DNA of 64,000 nt from Bacteroidota bacterium (GTDB taxonomy: Bacteria > Bacteroidota > Bacteroidia > Bacteroidales > UBA4417), in contig JAKLFM010000001.1 of assembly GCA_022711175.1 (NCBI GenBank), positions 1,777-65,776 of the forward strand, given 5' to 3'. A model generated the notes under the pieces. That model was given only the letters and a program-made list of their open reading frames with translations. It was not told the DNA's origin and did not search any database. The position numbers and the translations under genes are program-made. This document shows, one piece after another, positions 55,296-64,000 of the stretch (position 1 is its first letter; every line of letters begins with the position of its first letter).

Positions 55296-56005
55296 TCATT
55301 TTCTTGCTGCTGCTGGCTTCCACAATTGTCCGTGCCGGAAATAAATCAGTCATTTACCAGGCATATATCAGTAATGATATGCTGAAATGGAAGAAGACAA
55401 TTGATGCCATGCAGGCCGGGAAGGACAAAACAAGCCCTTTTCTGCTCGAACTGGTGAATTATCAATACGGATATATTGGCTGGTGTATTGGAAGCGACAG
55501 GAAAGATGAAGCATCGAAATACCTCGAAATTGCCGAAAACAATCTTGAGATACTTGAGAAGCGGTCATACAAAGTTTCGTACTTAAACTCTTATAAATCC
55601 GCATTTTACGGATTTCATATCGGGCTCAGCGTACTCAAGGCGCCGTTTATAGGTCCAAAGAGTGTGTCGGCTGCCGAACTGGCGATGAAACAGGACAGCA
55701 CCAATCCATACGGATTCATCCAATACGCCAATTCGCAGTATTACATGCCCGCAGCATTCGGCGGATCAAAAACACTGGCCATACGATACTACCAGAAAGC
55801 CGAAAAAATAATGAAATCCAACCCTGCTTTCCTGAAGGAAGACTGGAATTACCTAAGCCTTTTGTCGATCATAGGCAAAGCCATGGAAGAAACAGGAAAC
55901 CTCAGGTCGGCCAGGCAGTATTATGAGCGCATACTCAAACTGGAACCGAACTTCTTATGGGTAAAAAACGAACTATACCCCAACCTGCTAAAAAAGATAA
56001 AATGA
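55271..56005 (+). CDS. secreted helical (TPR-like) protein of unknown function embedded in the carotenoid operon
   Basis: The ATG at 55271 gives MERKKYHVIIFLLLLASTIVRAGN, a signal peptide. It overlaps the GT2 3' end by 25 nt, and its stop overlaps the crtI ATG. The sequence is helical, with ARQYYERILKLEPN resembling a TPR. Confidence 0.5.
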   Translation: MERKKYHVIIFLLLLASTIVRAGNKSVIYQAYISNDMLKWKKTIDAMQAGKDKTSPFLLELVNYQYGYIGWCIGSDRKDEASKYLEIAENNLEILEKRSYKVSYLNSYKSAFYGFHIGLSVLKAPFIGPKSVSAAELAMKQDSTNPYGFIQYANSQYYMPAAFGGSKTLAIRYYQKAEKIMKSNPAFLKEDWNYLSLLSIIGKAMEETGNLRSARQYYERILKLEPNFLWVKNELYPNLLKKIK

Positions 56006-57480
56006 AAAATGTACTGATTACAGGCGCCGGCCTTGGCGGACTTGCTACCGGGCTAAGGCTGGCCAAACAGGGTTTCGCTGTAGAGATTATCGAGAAAAAT
56101 GCCAAAGCCGGCGGGCGGCTCAACCAAATAAGCAAAGACGGCTTCACTTTTGATACCGGCCCGAGTTTTTTCAGCATGAGTTACGAATTCGAGGAATTTG
56201 CAAAGGATTGCGATATTGACCTGCCATTCGAATACGTTGAACTCGATCCCCTGTATTCGGTAAACTTCAGCAACGATCCCAAGACCTATTTTCTTCACAA
56301 AGACATTAAAAAGCTGGCGGCACAGTTTGCCGATGTAGAACCCGGCTTTGAGAAGAAGATGGAGAAATACCTGCGGAAATCGGGAAGACTTTTCGACGAT
56401 ACCGTAGATATTGTGATCAAGAATAATTTTGATTCAGTGCTGCATTACCTCGTTGCCCTTATGCGCGTCAATCCGGTTCATCTTCCGGTGCTTGCAAGGA
56501 GTTTCTGGAAACAGGTCACGATGAATTTCACATCAAAAGAGGCACGGCAAATCATCTCGCTGGTAGCTTTTTTCCTGGGGCGAACACCGTTCGATACCAT
56601 GGCCGTTTACACCCTGCTTTCGTACACCGAATTCCGCCACGACGGCTATTACAATGTTAAGGGCGGCATGTACAATATTGTTGAAGGTTTGCTCCGCGAG
56701 CTTGAAAAAGCCGGCGTAAAAATCACCTATAACACTGAAATTGTTGACTTTGAAGAAAATAACGGCCAGCTTAAATCCCTCATTGATGCAACCGGTAAAA
56801 GCCGGAGTGCCGACATTTTTATCATCAATGCTGATGCAGCCGTATTCAGAAGCAGCGTATTTCGCAGAAAGGCCTTCTCGGAAAGGCGCATGCAGAAAAT
56901 GAACTGGACCATGGGTTATCTCACTTTCTACCTCGGAATCAAGGGTAAACTACCGCAAGTAAACCATCACAATTATTACCTCGGTACCAATTACCAGGAA
57001 TATGCCTTACAGGTGATGAAAAACCCTGATACACCCGAAAAGCCATACTATTACGTGAACGTTGTTTCGAAACACAATCCCGGTTGCGCTCCCGAAGGTT
57101 GCGAAAGCCTCTTTTTTGTTTGCCCGGTTCCCAATCTGCTCTTCAAGAAAAACTGGGACGACCGCGATAAAATTGTCGATAGCATTATCCACGACTTTTC
57201 GAAACGTATTGGGCAGGACATAATGCCCGATATCATCTCAAAAACCATTTACACGCCCGAGGACTGGCAATCGCAATTCAATCTTTACAAGGGCAGCGGG
57301 CTGGGTTTATCGCACACCATGGGGCAGATCGGTGCTTTCAGGCCAAAAAATTGGGATGAGAAATTCAAAAATACCTTTTATGTCGGGGCATCCACCATTC
57401 CCGGCGCCGGCTTACCCATGGCGATTATCAGCTCGAAACTGGTTACCGAAAGGGTGGTTAAATTTGCCGACAAAGGCTGA
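56002..57480 (+). CDS. crtI: phytoene desaturase
   Basis: MKNVLITGAGLGGLATGLRLAKQG is a Rossmann FAD motif. The length is about 490 aa, and the C-terminus GASTIPGAGLPM is typical of CrtI. Confidence 0.85.
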   Translation: MKNVLITGAGLGGLATGLRLAKQGFAVEIIEKNAKAGGRLNQISKDGFTFDTGPSFFSMSYEFEEFAKDCDIDLPFEYVELDPLYSVNFSNDPKTYFLHKDIKKLAAQFADVEPGFEKKMEKYLRKSGRLFDDTVDIVIKNNFDSVLHYLVALMRVNPVHLPVLARSFWKQVTMNFTSKEARQIISLVAFFLGRTPFDTMAVYTLLSYTEFRHDGYYNVKGGMYNIVEGLLRELEKAGVKITYNTEIVDFEENNGQLKSLIDATGKSRSADIFIINADAAVFRSSVFRRKAFSERRMQKMNWTMGYLTFYLGIKGKLPQVNHHNYYLGTNYQEYALQVMKNPDTPEKPYYYVNVVSKHNPGCAPEGCESLFFVCPVPNLLFKKNWDDRDKIVDSIIHDFSKRIGQDIMPDIISKTIYTPEDWQSQFNLYKGSGLGLSHTMGQIGAFRPKNWDEKFKNTFYVGASTIPGAGLPMAIISSKLVTERVVKFADKG

Positions 57481-57501
57481 AAACATCAAACAATAAGCTC
57501 T

Positions 57502-57966
57502 ATGGGATTTTACCAATTTATTAAGAAACAGGTCATTACAGCTACTCTCGACGAGGTGTGGGACTTTATTTCATCGCCGGCCAACCTGAAGGAGATCACA
57601 CCGAAAAGCATGGGGTTCGACATTACCTCAGGCGGTTTGCCGGCAAAGATGTACCCGGGGATGATCATTGCATACAAGGTAAAACCACTGGCCGGCATAC
57701 CGGTTACCTGGGTAACAGAGATCACACATATTGAAGAAAAACGCTTTTTTATCGACGAACAACGTATCGGACCATACGCTTTCTGGCATCACCAGCATTT
57801 TATCGAAAAAACAGAAGAGGGAGTACTTATGACCGACATCGTGTCTTACAAACCGCCACTCCTTTTCCTCGGAAGTATTGCCAATACGTTGTTAATCAGG
57901 CGTAAACTTGAACACATCTTTAACTACCGGAAGCACGTTCTTGAGCAGAAATTTCCCGCACGATGA
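57502..57966 (+). CDS. SRPBCC (cyclase/dehydrase-like) family protein
   Basis: 154 aa, with WDFISSP.NL..ITP and PY.FWHH.H motifs. It lies in the operon between crtI and the photolyase. Confidence 0.55.
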   Translation: MGFYQFIKKQVITATLDEVWDFISSPANLKEITPKSMGFDITSGGLPAKMYPGMIIAYKVKPLAGIPVTWVTEITHIEEKRFFIDEQRIGPYAFWHHQHFIEKTEEGVLMTDIVSYKPPLLFLGSIANTLLIRRKLEHIFNYRKHVLEQKFPAR

Positions 57967-59270
57967 AGGAAAACATTACACTATTCTGGTTCCACCGCGA
58001 CCTGCGGCTCAACGACAATACAGGACTGTACCATGCTCTCAATAGTAGCGACCGTGTTTTGCCGCTGTTTATTTTTGATACCGAAATCCTTGATAAACTG
58101 ACCGATAAAACCGACCGGCGCGTTGGCTTTATATATTCTGCTCTATCAAAACTCCAGCAGGAAATAGCTGCTGTCGGTAGTTCCCTGCTTATCACGCATG
58201 GCAAACCGTTTGATATTTTCAATCAATTAACCGACAGATACTCAGTTGAGGCTGTTTACACCAATCACGATTATGAACCGTATGCGTTGGTACGCGATGC
58301 TGCAGTAGCCGATTTATTGAAAAACAGGCAAATACCTTTCCATTCGTACAAAGACCAGGTGATTTTTGAGAAGCAGGACATCCTGAAAAGCGATGGCACT
58401 CCTTACACCGTTTTCACACCATATTCAAAAGTATGGAAACAACAACTTGCTATACAGGGACTCAGGTTCCGGCCAAGTGAAAAACTGATGTCAAACTTCT
58501 ATAAAACGGCGACTCTCCCCTTCCCATCGCTCCAATCGCTTGGTTTTGAACATTCGTGGACAGGATTTACCGAACCCGTAATTGATGAAGATGTGATACG
58601 AAGGTACCACCTCACGCGTAACCTGCCATACCTGCAGGGAACATCGAATATGAGTGTTCACCTGCGCTTCGGCACAATCAGCATCAGGGAACTTGTGAGC
58701 AAAGCACTTGCCTGGAACGAACAATGGCTGAATGAGCTGATATGGCGGGAATTTTTCATGATGATACTGGCAAACTACCCCGAAGTTGTAGAAAAGAGTT
58801 TTAAACCGAAGTATGATTTCATAGTTTGGCGCAATGACGAATCTGAATTCATGAAATGGTGCAGAGGCGAAACCGGCTACCCCTTTGTTGATGCCGGTAT
58901 GCGCGAGCTTAACGAAACCGGACTGATGCACAACCGTGTACGTATGGTTGTTGCGAGTTTCCTCACCAAACACCTGTTGATTGACTGGCGTTGGGGAGAG
59001 CACTATTTTGCCGAAAAGCTGCTCGATTTCGAACTTTCGTCGAACAACGGCAACTGGCAATGGGCGGCAGGTACAGGTTGCGACGCCGCTCCCTATTTCA
59101 GGATCTTCAATCCATGGGAGCAGGCAGCACGATACGATCCTGATTCTGTTTACATTAAGAAATGGGTGAAAGAAGCAGGAACTCCCGCCTATGCCACTCC
59201 AATAGTAGAACACACTTATGCCCGGCAAAGAGCGCTCGAAGCATATAAGAAAGCCCTCAATCCGTTATAA
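57963..59270 (+). CDS. phrB: deoxyribodipyrimidine photolyase / cryptochrome family protein
   Basis: LFWFHRDLRLNDN forms the N-terminus. The FAD-binding region includes TS.MS.HLRFG.IS and WREF, then NNGNWQWAAGTG.DAAPYFRIFNP. Confidence 0.9.
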   Translation: MKENITLFWFHRDLRLNDNTGLYHALNSSDRVLPLFIFDTEILDKLTDKTDRRVGFIYSALSKLQQEIAAVGSSLLITHGKPFDIFNQLTDRYSVEAVYTNHDYEPYALVRDAAVADLLKNRQIPFHSYKDQVIFEKQDILKSDGTPYTVFTPYSKVWKQQLAIQGLRFRPSEKLMSNFYKTATLPFPSLQSLGFEHSWTGFTEPVIDEDVIRRYHLTRNLPYLQGTSNMSVHLRFGTISIRELVSKALAWNEQWLNELIWREFFMMILANYPEVVEKSFKPKYDFIVWRNDESEFMKWCRGETGYPFVDAGMRELNETGLMHNRVRMVVASFLTKHLLIDWRWGEHYFAEKLLDFELSSNNGNWQWAAGTGCDAAPYFRIFNPWEQAARYDPDSVYIKKWVKEAGTPAYATPIVEHTYARQRALEAYKKALNPL

Positions 59271-59276
59271 CACGCG

Positions 59277-59495
59277 CTAATCAAGCAAACCAAGCATAGC
59301 GCCGGCAATTGCCGTTTTCACCTGATCGGTTTTGGTGAGGCCTGTCTTGTAAACTTTGAAAGCCTGTTGTGAATCGCCTTTGTTTTCAAGGTATAAACCT
59401 AACTCGATAATCCTTTTAAGATAGCTATCCTGCAACAGCAACAGCTCCTCAAGCTCAGCAAAATGTTGATCCATGACAAAGGCTTTTTGATTCAT
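59277..59495 (-). CDS. hypothetical 72-aa helical protein
   Basis: It is an ORF with no competing gene. It is helical with a TPR-like segment (YLENKGDSQQAFKVYKTGL). No homology is recognised. Confidence 0.35.
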   Translation of the reverse strand: MNQKAFVMDQHFAELEELLLLQDSYLKRIIELGLYLENKGDSQQAFKVYKTGLTKTDQVKTAIAGAMLGLLD

Positions 59496-59585
59496 TCAAA
59501 ACTATGACTTTAAAGTTAACTTATGTTTAACCCGGCAATAATTAAATGTTAATCGCGTATCTTTACATTTAACAATGATTCCAGT

Positions 59586-60035
59586 ATGGAGACCGGGATA
59601 AAACAACGGCTGGTTGAAACCTGCCGTAAAAAACTTACCGATTCGGGGCTTAACCTGCAACAGGCCATGGACGACCTTCAGCAGCAGGCGAATGATTATG
59701 GAGCACCAAAAGACCGTTACGATCCATTCAAGACACAACTTTTGCGCCGTCGCGATATGCTCGCCCAGCAACTCGCCAAAGAACTTCAGGAACTCCGGAT
59801 ACTGGATAAAATCGATGTGGGCATCGCCAGCCCTGATGTTCGCTTTGGTGCGATAGTCATCACTTCTGAATTTAACTACTTCATTGCTGTTGGCCTCGGC
59901 AAGGTTGACACCACTGATGGAACCTTCTATGCCATCTCGCTGCAAGTACCTCTGTATGAAGCTCTCAAAGGAAAGAAAACCGGTGATAAGGTTGCTTTCA
60001 GAGGCAAAATCATCGATATTAAGCAGATAATATAA
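59586..60035 (+). CDS. GreA/GreB-C-terminal-like small protein (family often mis-annotated as 3-oxoacyl-ACP synthase)
   Basis: The N-terminal coiled coil ends in ...GAPKDRYD. The C-terminus VRFGAIVITSEFNYFIAVGLGKV...FYAISLQVPLYEALKGKKTGDKVAFRGK matches the conserved Bacteroidota family. I prefer it over the antisense ORF 59502..60119. Confidence 0.6.
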   Translation: METGIKQRLVETCRKKLTDSGLNLQQAMDDLQQQANDYGAPKDRYDPFKTQLLRRRDMLAQQLAKELQELRILDKIDVGIASPDVRFGAIVITSEFNYFIAVGLGKVDTTDGTFYAISLQVPLYEALKGKKTGDKVAFRGKIIDIKQII

Positions 60036-60193
60036 TTCCAACAATGCATTTCTGTGTATTGGATACATGTTATGCCCAGTTTCGCTGCTGGTAAGGATTA
60101 TACTGCCTGGCTCCCGCAAAAGTGCAAGAACTTTTTTAACAAGTGGTTCAGAATGTTTTAGTATTTTCGGGAACTAAAATCATATGATGTATT

Positions 60194-60865
60194 ATGGCAA
60201 ATAAAATAATGGATCCCATTGGTAAACTGATGGGCCTGAGGTATAAATCACATCCCTGGCATGGTGTTGAAATAGGTGATAAAGCTCCCGAAGTGCTGAC
60301 CGCATTTATTGAAATGGTCGCCACCGACACTGTAAAGTACGAAGTTGACAAAGTGAGCGGATATCTCCGGTTAGACCGTCCACAGTTATACTCAAATTTC
60401 ATTCCGGCATTATACGGGTTTATCCCGCAAACATACAGCGGTAAGCTTGTTGCCGAATTCTGCATGATGAAAACGGGCATGGAAGGCATCAAAGGCGATG
60501 GCGACCCGATCGATATCTGTGTACTCACCGAGAAAGATATTTCGCATGGCGATATTCTTGTGCGAGCAATTCCTATCGGCGGTTTCAGGATGATTGACGG
60601 CAATGAGTCGGATGATAAAATTATCGCCATTTTGTGCAACGATGCCGTTTACGGAAGCTTTAACGACATTTCGGAACTTCCGCACCAGGTTACCGACAGG
60701 CTGCTCCATTATTTCCTCACATACAAGGACTTACCAGGGCAGCAGCGCCGAGTGGAAATCAATCAAACCTTTGGCCGCGATGAAGCACTTGAGGTGATTA
60801 ACCGTTCGATGGACGATTACCGTAAGCGCTTTGAGAACCTTGAATCTATCCTCAGGGAGGTATAA
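60194..60865 (+). CDS. ppa: inorganic diphosphatase (family I)
   Basis: Motifs YGFIPQT, DGDPIDICVL and DDKIIA, typical of soluble PPases, are present. Confidence 0.85.
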   Translation: MANKIMDPIGKLMGLRYKSHPWHGVEIGDKAPEVLTAFIEMVATDTVKYEVDKVSGYLRLDRPQLYSNFIPALYGFIPQTYSGKLVAEFCMMKTGMEGIKGDGDPIDICVLTEKDISHGDILVRAIPIGGFRMIDGNESDDKIIAILCNDAVYGSFNDISELPHQVTDRLLHYFLTYKDLPGQQRRVEINQTFGRDEALEVINRSMDDYRKRFENLESILREV

Positions 60866-60908
60866 TTCCAGGCACCACTGCTTCCACAATTGCCAATCTT
60901 TTCACTCA

Positions 60909-61286
60909 ATGAAGAATTCAGAATCATCTAAAACCACATTGGTGATTGGTGCAAGCTTACGTGCAAGCCGTTACTCTCATTCCTGTGTGCTTTCGCTTGC
61001 GCAACATGGCATACCGGTTATAGCTATAGGGTTACGTGAAGGAATAATAGGCGAAACCGCTGTCTTAAAAGGGATGCCCGTTTTTCAGAACATCCATACA
61101 GTAACATTGTATATCGGTGCTCAGAACCAACCCTCTTATTACGATTACATTATATCGTTAACACCCGAAAGAGTGATCTTTAATCCGGGCAGCGAAAATC
61201 ACGAATTTGAGGTCATGCTCAGGCAGGCAGGCATTGAAACCATACGTACCTGTACGCTCATGATGCTTGATTATGGTGATTTTTAA
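60909..61286 (+). CDS. CoA-binding domain protein (YccU/YneT-like)
   Basis: The ATG at 60909 gives TTLVIGAS.RASRYS......L...G..V..IG and later VIFNPGSEN, the Rossmann-like CoA_binding_2 pattern. Confidence 0.6.
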   Translation: MKNSESSKTTLVIGASLRASRYSHSCVLSLAQHGIPVIAIGLREGIIGETAVLKGMPVFQNIHTVTLYIGAQNQPSYYDYIISLTPERVIFNPGSENHEFEVMLRQAGIETIRTCTLMMLDYGDF

Positions 61287-61347
61287 CAGTTTGAACACGA
61301 AAACGGCGATCCCGGCGTTTAATCATCACGACAAACACTTTTTCGAG

Positions 61348-61355
61348 TATTTTTG
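61348..61355 (+). promoter_or_regulatory. putative -7 box TATTTTTG
   Basis: It matches TAnnTTTG and lies 10 nt upstream of the ATG at 61366. This supports that start over the TTG at 61267. Confidence 0.35.
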
Positions 61356-61365
61356 CCCTGTAATT

Positions 61366-62676
61366 ATGATTATTCGTCACCGGATGTTTTCACTGAATGG
61401 CATTTTTAACAAGCATAGCCTAACAATTTTGCTGATATTGCTGATTGCCGGCACTGCTGAGGTGCAGGGACAGCCACTTGCCGTTGAAACCGGTACGATC
61501 AGCAGCAGCGTATGCCCCGGTATAAATTATGCTGTGCCTGTGACAACTAGAAACATGATTGGTGTTGATTCACTGCAACTTACTCTACTCTTCGATCCTG
61601 TTGTGCTCAATTATAAAACGTATCGTGCAGTAAATTCTCAGCTTTCAGGAGGCTACTTCGAGATTCAAAACCTTGCCGATAAGGTGGTCATCACCTGGAA
61701 ACGAACTCAAGCGGCAAGCCTTATCAACGACACGTTGGTTGAACTCATCTTCGCCACAGCTCCGGGAACAAGCCAGCTTACTTTTGATGAAGCCGGGAGC
61801 TATTATTTTGCCTCCGACGGCACTCAACTCCCTGATGATTATTTCACCGGAACCATAACTGTATTCAACACTATTTCACTGCATTTTACCGAAATTGACG
61901 CTACCTGTACCAATGCCTGCAATGCCAATTTCATGGTCAATGCATCGGGAGGCGAAGCGCCCTACACCTATTTATGGAACGGCAGTCCTGGCCGCTTCGA
62001 CTCAATACAAACCAATCTCTGCAGCGGTTACAACGAACTGCTGGTGACCGATGCCAACGGTTGTGAAACCGATTCGTTGTTCATTGTGAGTGGTATGCCC
62101 GGCGCCAATGTAAAGATCAGCATTGAACCCGATTCACTAATATATCTTCAAAATCCTACGCTTACGTTCAGTTTTGAGGAAATCTCACCTACCCATGTTA
62201 CCGAAGCTCCGCTATGGGATTTTGGAGACGGTGATACAGCACGGTCATTTAAGCCCACACATACATTTACCACGGCCAATATCAACCAGGACGGCTATTT
62301 CCTGCTTTCATTACTAGTAAAAAACGAAAACGGTTGCGATAGCCTGATACAGATGCGGCTGCCGATCAAAGAAGCCCAAATTCGTATTCCGAATGTGATG
62401 ACACCCAATGGCGACGGCTCGAACGACGCATTTATGATCATCAACGAGGACAAGAACTCTGACGACTGGATCATCAGCCATGAGTTCAAGCGGTTGGAGT
62501 TATATGTATTCGACCGCTGGGGGCGGCGGGTATATGCCAGCGACGACTATCACGGTGACTGGACAGCCCAGGGTATGCCCGATGGGGTGTATTATTTTGT
62601 TATGAAGACGATTGGTTATTACAAAACCGATAAATACAAAGGCTCCCTCACCATATTGGGGAGTGAAGTGAAGTAA
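61366..62676 (+). CDS. cohesin-like/Cys-rich surface protein with T9SS type-B (gliding-motility CHU_C) sorting domain
   Basis: It has a signal peptide. The C-terminus IPNVMTPNGDGSNDAFMI...VFDRWGRRVY...W.......GVYYFV is the type-B sorting domain signature. Confidence 0.75.
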   Translation: MIIRHRMFSLNGIFNKHSLTILLILLIAGTAEVQGQPLAVETGTISSSVCPGINYAVPVTTRNMIGVDSLQLTLLFDPVVLNYKTYRAVNSQLSGGYFEIQNLADKVVITWKRTQAASLINDTLVELIFATAPGTSQLTFDEAGSYYFASDGTQLPDDYFTGTITVFNTISLHFTEIDATCTNACNANFMVNASGGEAPYTYLWNGSPGRFDSIQTNLCSGYNELLVTDANGCETDSLFIVSGMPGANVKISIEPDSLIYLQNPTLTFSFEEISPTHVTEAPLWDFGDGDTARSFKPTHTFTTANINQDGYFLLSLLVKNENGCDSLIQMRLPIKEAQIRIPNVMTPNGDGSNDAFMIINEDKNSDDWIISHEFKRLELYVFDRWGRRVYASDDYHGDWTAQGMPDGVYYFVMKTIGYYKTDKYKGSLTILGSEVK

Positions 62677-62700
62677 CCGGGTAGAGGTTTTTTTCCGGAA

Positions 62701-62988
62701 TTACTTTTTATGGAAGGTCATCTTCTGTACCTCAACGAAATCAATTCCCAGTAATTCGTTTTCGAGGCGTGTGGCTTCGTCGGGGTCACCAAACAGTTCG
62801 AGCAGGATGATGCCGCGATCGTCGTAATAATCTTCGTCAGTATCGTGAAGTCCAAGCCGGGTTCGTATCGAACAACCATAGCGTGTAAGTATCTCCTGAA
62901 TGCGGCTGGTATCATTGGCGCGGTTAACGTATATCCCGAGTATCTTTATCTCTTTCATTGTCAGGGTGTTTTGAGATGATTTATACAA
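62701..62988 (-). CDS. TM1266-like ACT-fold protein (putative iron-only hydrogenase system regulator), paralog 1
   Basis: About 95 aa. ILGIYVNRANDTSRIQEILTRYGCSIRTRLGLHD...GIILLELFGD...LENELLGIDFVEVQKMTF follows the TM1266 family pattern. It lies next to hydG. Confidence 0.6.
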   Translation of the reverse strand: MYKSSQNTLTMKEIKILGIYVNRANDTSRIQEILTRYGCSIRTRLGLHDTDEDYYDDRGIILLELFGDPDEATRLENELLGIDFVEVQKMTFHKK

Positions 62989-62997
62989 CCGGCTATA

Positions 62998-63282
62998 TCA
63001 GCCGCAATTACTAACATTCAGTTTGTCGAGGTCGAACGACATTTCCCTTACTTCGAGGCCACCGATTGATTGGAGTTGGCGAAGCAGTGCATCCTGTTCA
63101 GTTCCGGTGCCTGACAGGTTGAGAATAATGACCCCGTTGCGGCTGCATATATCATCGTTCAACTCATGAAAGCCAAGCCTGGAGCGTATTATGCGTGAAT
63201 TTTCCGAAAGGACAGCTTGTGTGCGCCCGGCTTCTTTAATTCGGTCGGCAATTAAAAGGCCTACAATGCGGATTTGGGACAT
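62998..63282 (-). CDS. TM1266-like ACT-fold protein, paralog 2
   Basis: 94 aa. IVGLLIADRIKEAGRTQAVLSENSRIIRSRLGFHE...GVIILNLSGT...LLRQLQSIGGLEVREMSF has the same architecture as the neighbouring gene. Confidence 0.6.
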   Translation of the reverse strand: MSQIRIVGLLIADRIKEAGRTQAVLSENSRIIRSRLGFHELNDDICSRNGVIILNLSGTGTEQDALLRQLQSIGGLEVREMSFDLDKLNVSNCG

Positions 63283-63426
63283 AACCTATTAGTTTGAAGT
63301 TTAATGTTTAAATGTTTGAAGTTGCGCTAAACGGAACTGGCTTTTTGATGAAAGTCACCGTGCATCAGTCGGGTGTTGAGGTCTTTAGATTGCTTCGATA
63401 CTATTTAAAGCGTCATCAAACCAGAA

Positions 63427-64000
63427 TTAAAAATACAGGTCTCGCTGCCCTGCTTTAATTTTTTCGATGCGGCGCCTGATTTCGGGCACATTAACACGCT
63501 CGGCAGCGGCCTCAAGTTCGGTAAGATTTTTCTCAATGGCTTCGTAACCTTTTTGCTTTGTACCGGCAGGGGCATAATCCTCAAGGTATTCGGTAAGCGT
63601 GAGTATAGCATTGGGTGAGCAATACCGCTTTATGAAGCCCGGAACGGAGAACTCCATGAAATGCTCGCCGGTACGTCCAAGCCTGTAGCAGGCTGTGCAG
63701 AACGAAGGCATATAGCCCGTGTTAATGAGTTCATCGATAATTTCGTTGAGCGAGCGGCTGTCGGCAATATGAAATTGTTCCCTGTTCAGGTTTTGGTCCT
63801 CGTTAAGGCTGTCGGAGTAACTGCCCAATTCAAGCTTGGTACCACCGTCGATCTGCGAAACGCCGAAACGCATTACTTCGCGTCGCACTTCAGGATTCTC
63901 GCGTGCCGTGAGTATCAGGCCGGTATAAGGCACAGCAAGTCGCAATATAGCAACCAATTTTGTAAAATCATAATCGGAAACCCTGTATTTCCCGTCGAAA
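63427..64000 (-). CDS. hydG: [FeFe]-hydrogenase H-cluster radical SAM maturase HydG, C-terminal part (5' end beyond window)
   Basis: The minus-strand ORF stays open to the window edge. LRLAVPYTG, SQIDGG, PSFCTACYR.GRTGE.FM and CSPNAILT are present, and the end ...KAGQRDLYF matches the HydG C-terminal domain. Confidence 0.8.
   Translation of the reverse strand, partial: FDGKYRVSDYDFTKLVAILRLAVPYTGLILTARENPEVRREVMRFGVSQIDGGTKLELGSYSDSLNEDQNLNREQFHIADSRSLNEIIDELINTGYMPSFCTACYRLGRTGEHFMEFSVPGFIKRYCSPNAILTLTEYLEDYAPAGTKQKGYEAIEKNLTELEAAAERVNVPEIRRRIEKIKAGQRDLYF

Noticed and set aside
59502-60119. A 205-aa minus-strand ORF overlapping 59586..60035
   Set aside because: The plus-strand ORF matches a conserved GreA-C-like Bacteroidota family. 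The minus-strand translation has no recognisable features and fully overlaps it.

Overview
This 64 kb window looks like a chromosomal segment from a member of the Bacteroidota. The evidence is many proteins with T9SS type-A or type-B C-terminal sorting domains, a SecDF fusion, and TAnnTTTG-type -7 boxes. Most of it is ordinary housekeeping sequence: secDF, tatA, purM, prfA, pyrF, ilvE, htpG, rsmE, valS, ppa and a LemA-TPM-TPM operon.

Five regions stand out:
1. Bases 1-3200 are a visibly AT-rich island. It holds a tightly packed AAA+ ATPase / WYL regulator / UVR-motif protein trio, a GC-rich and apparently non-coding structured segment, a Bro-N gene, and a terminal array of GC-rich hairpins.
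2. Bases 3581-7554 form an operon of two envelope proteins and a radical SAM enzyme with a SPASM/twitch-like tail. No obvious peptide substrate is present.
3. Bases 34386-41306 are a variable locus between the convergent DUF4159 and valS genes. Diverged but still in-frame copies of both gene 3' ends, plus a 7-bp-periodic spacer, are reiterated around two low-GC cargo cassettes. One cassette is a MORN/YwqK-like protein. The other is a metzincin/beta-helix giant paired with a six-repeat propeller protein, and the two share near-identical T9SS sorting domains. No recombinase is visible.
4. Bases 50381-59270 are an 11-gene, translationally coupled operon for a carotenoid glycoside ester, ending in a photolyase.
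5. Bases 62701-64000 hold two tandem TM1266-like regulator paralogs next to the 3' part of hydG.

I found no rRNA, tRNA, CRISPR array or transposase by eye. All homology calls come from motif recognition in the translated ORFs, not from database searches.
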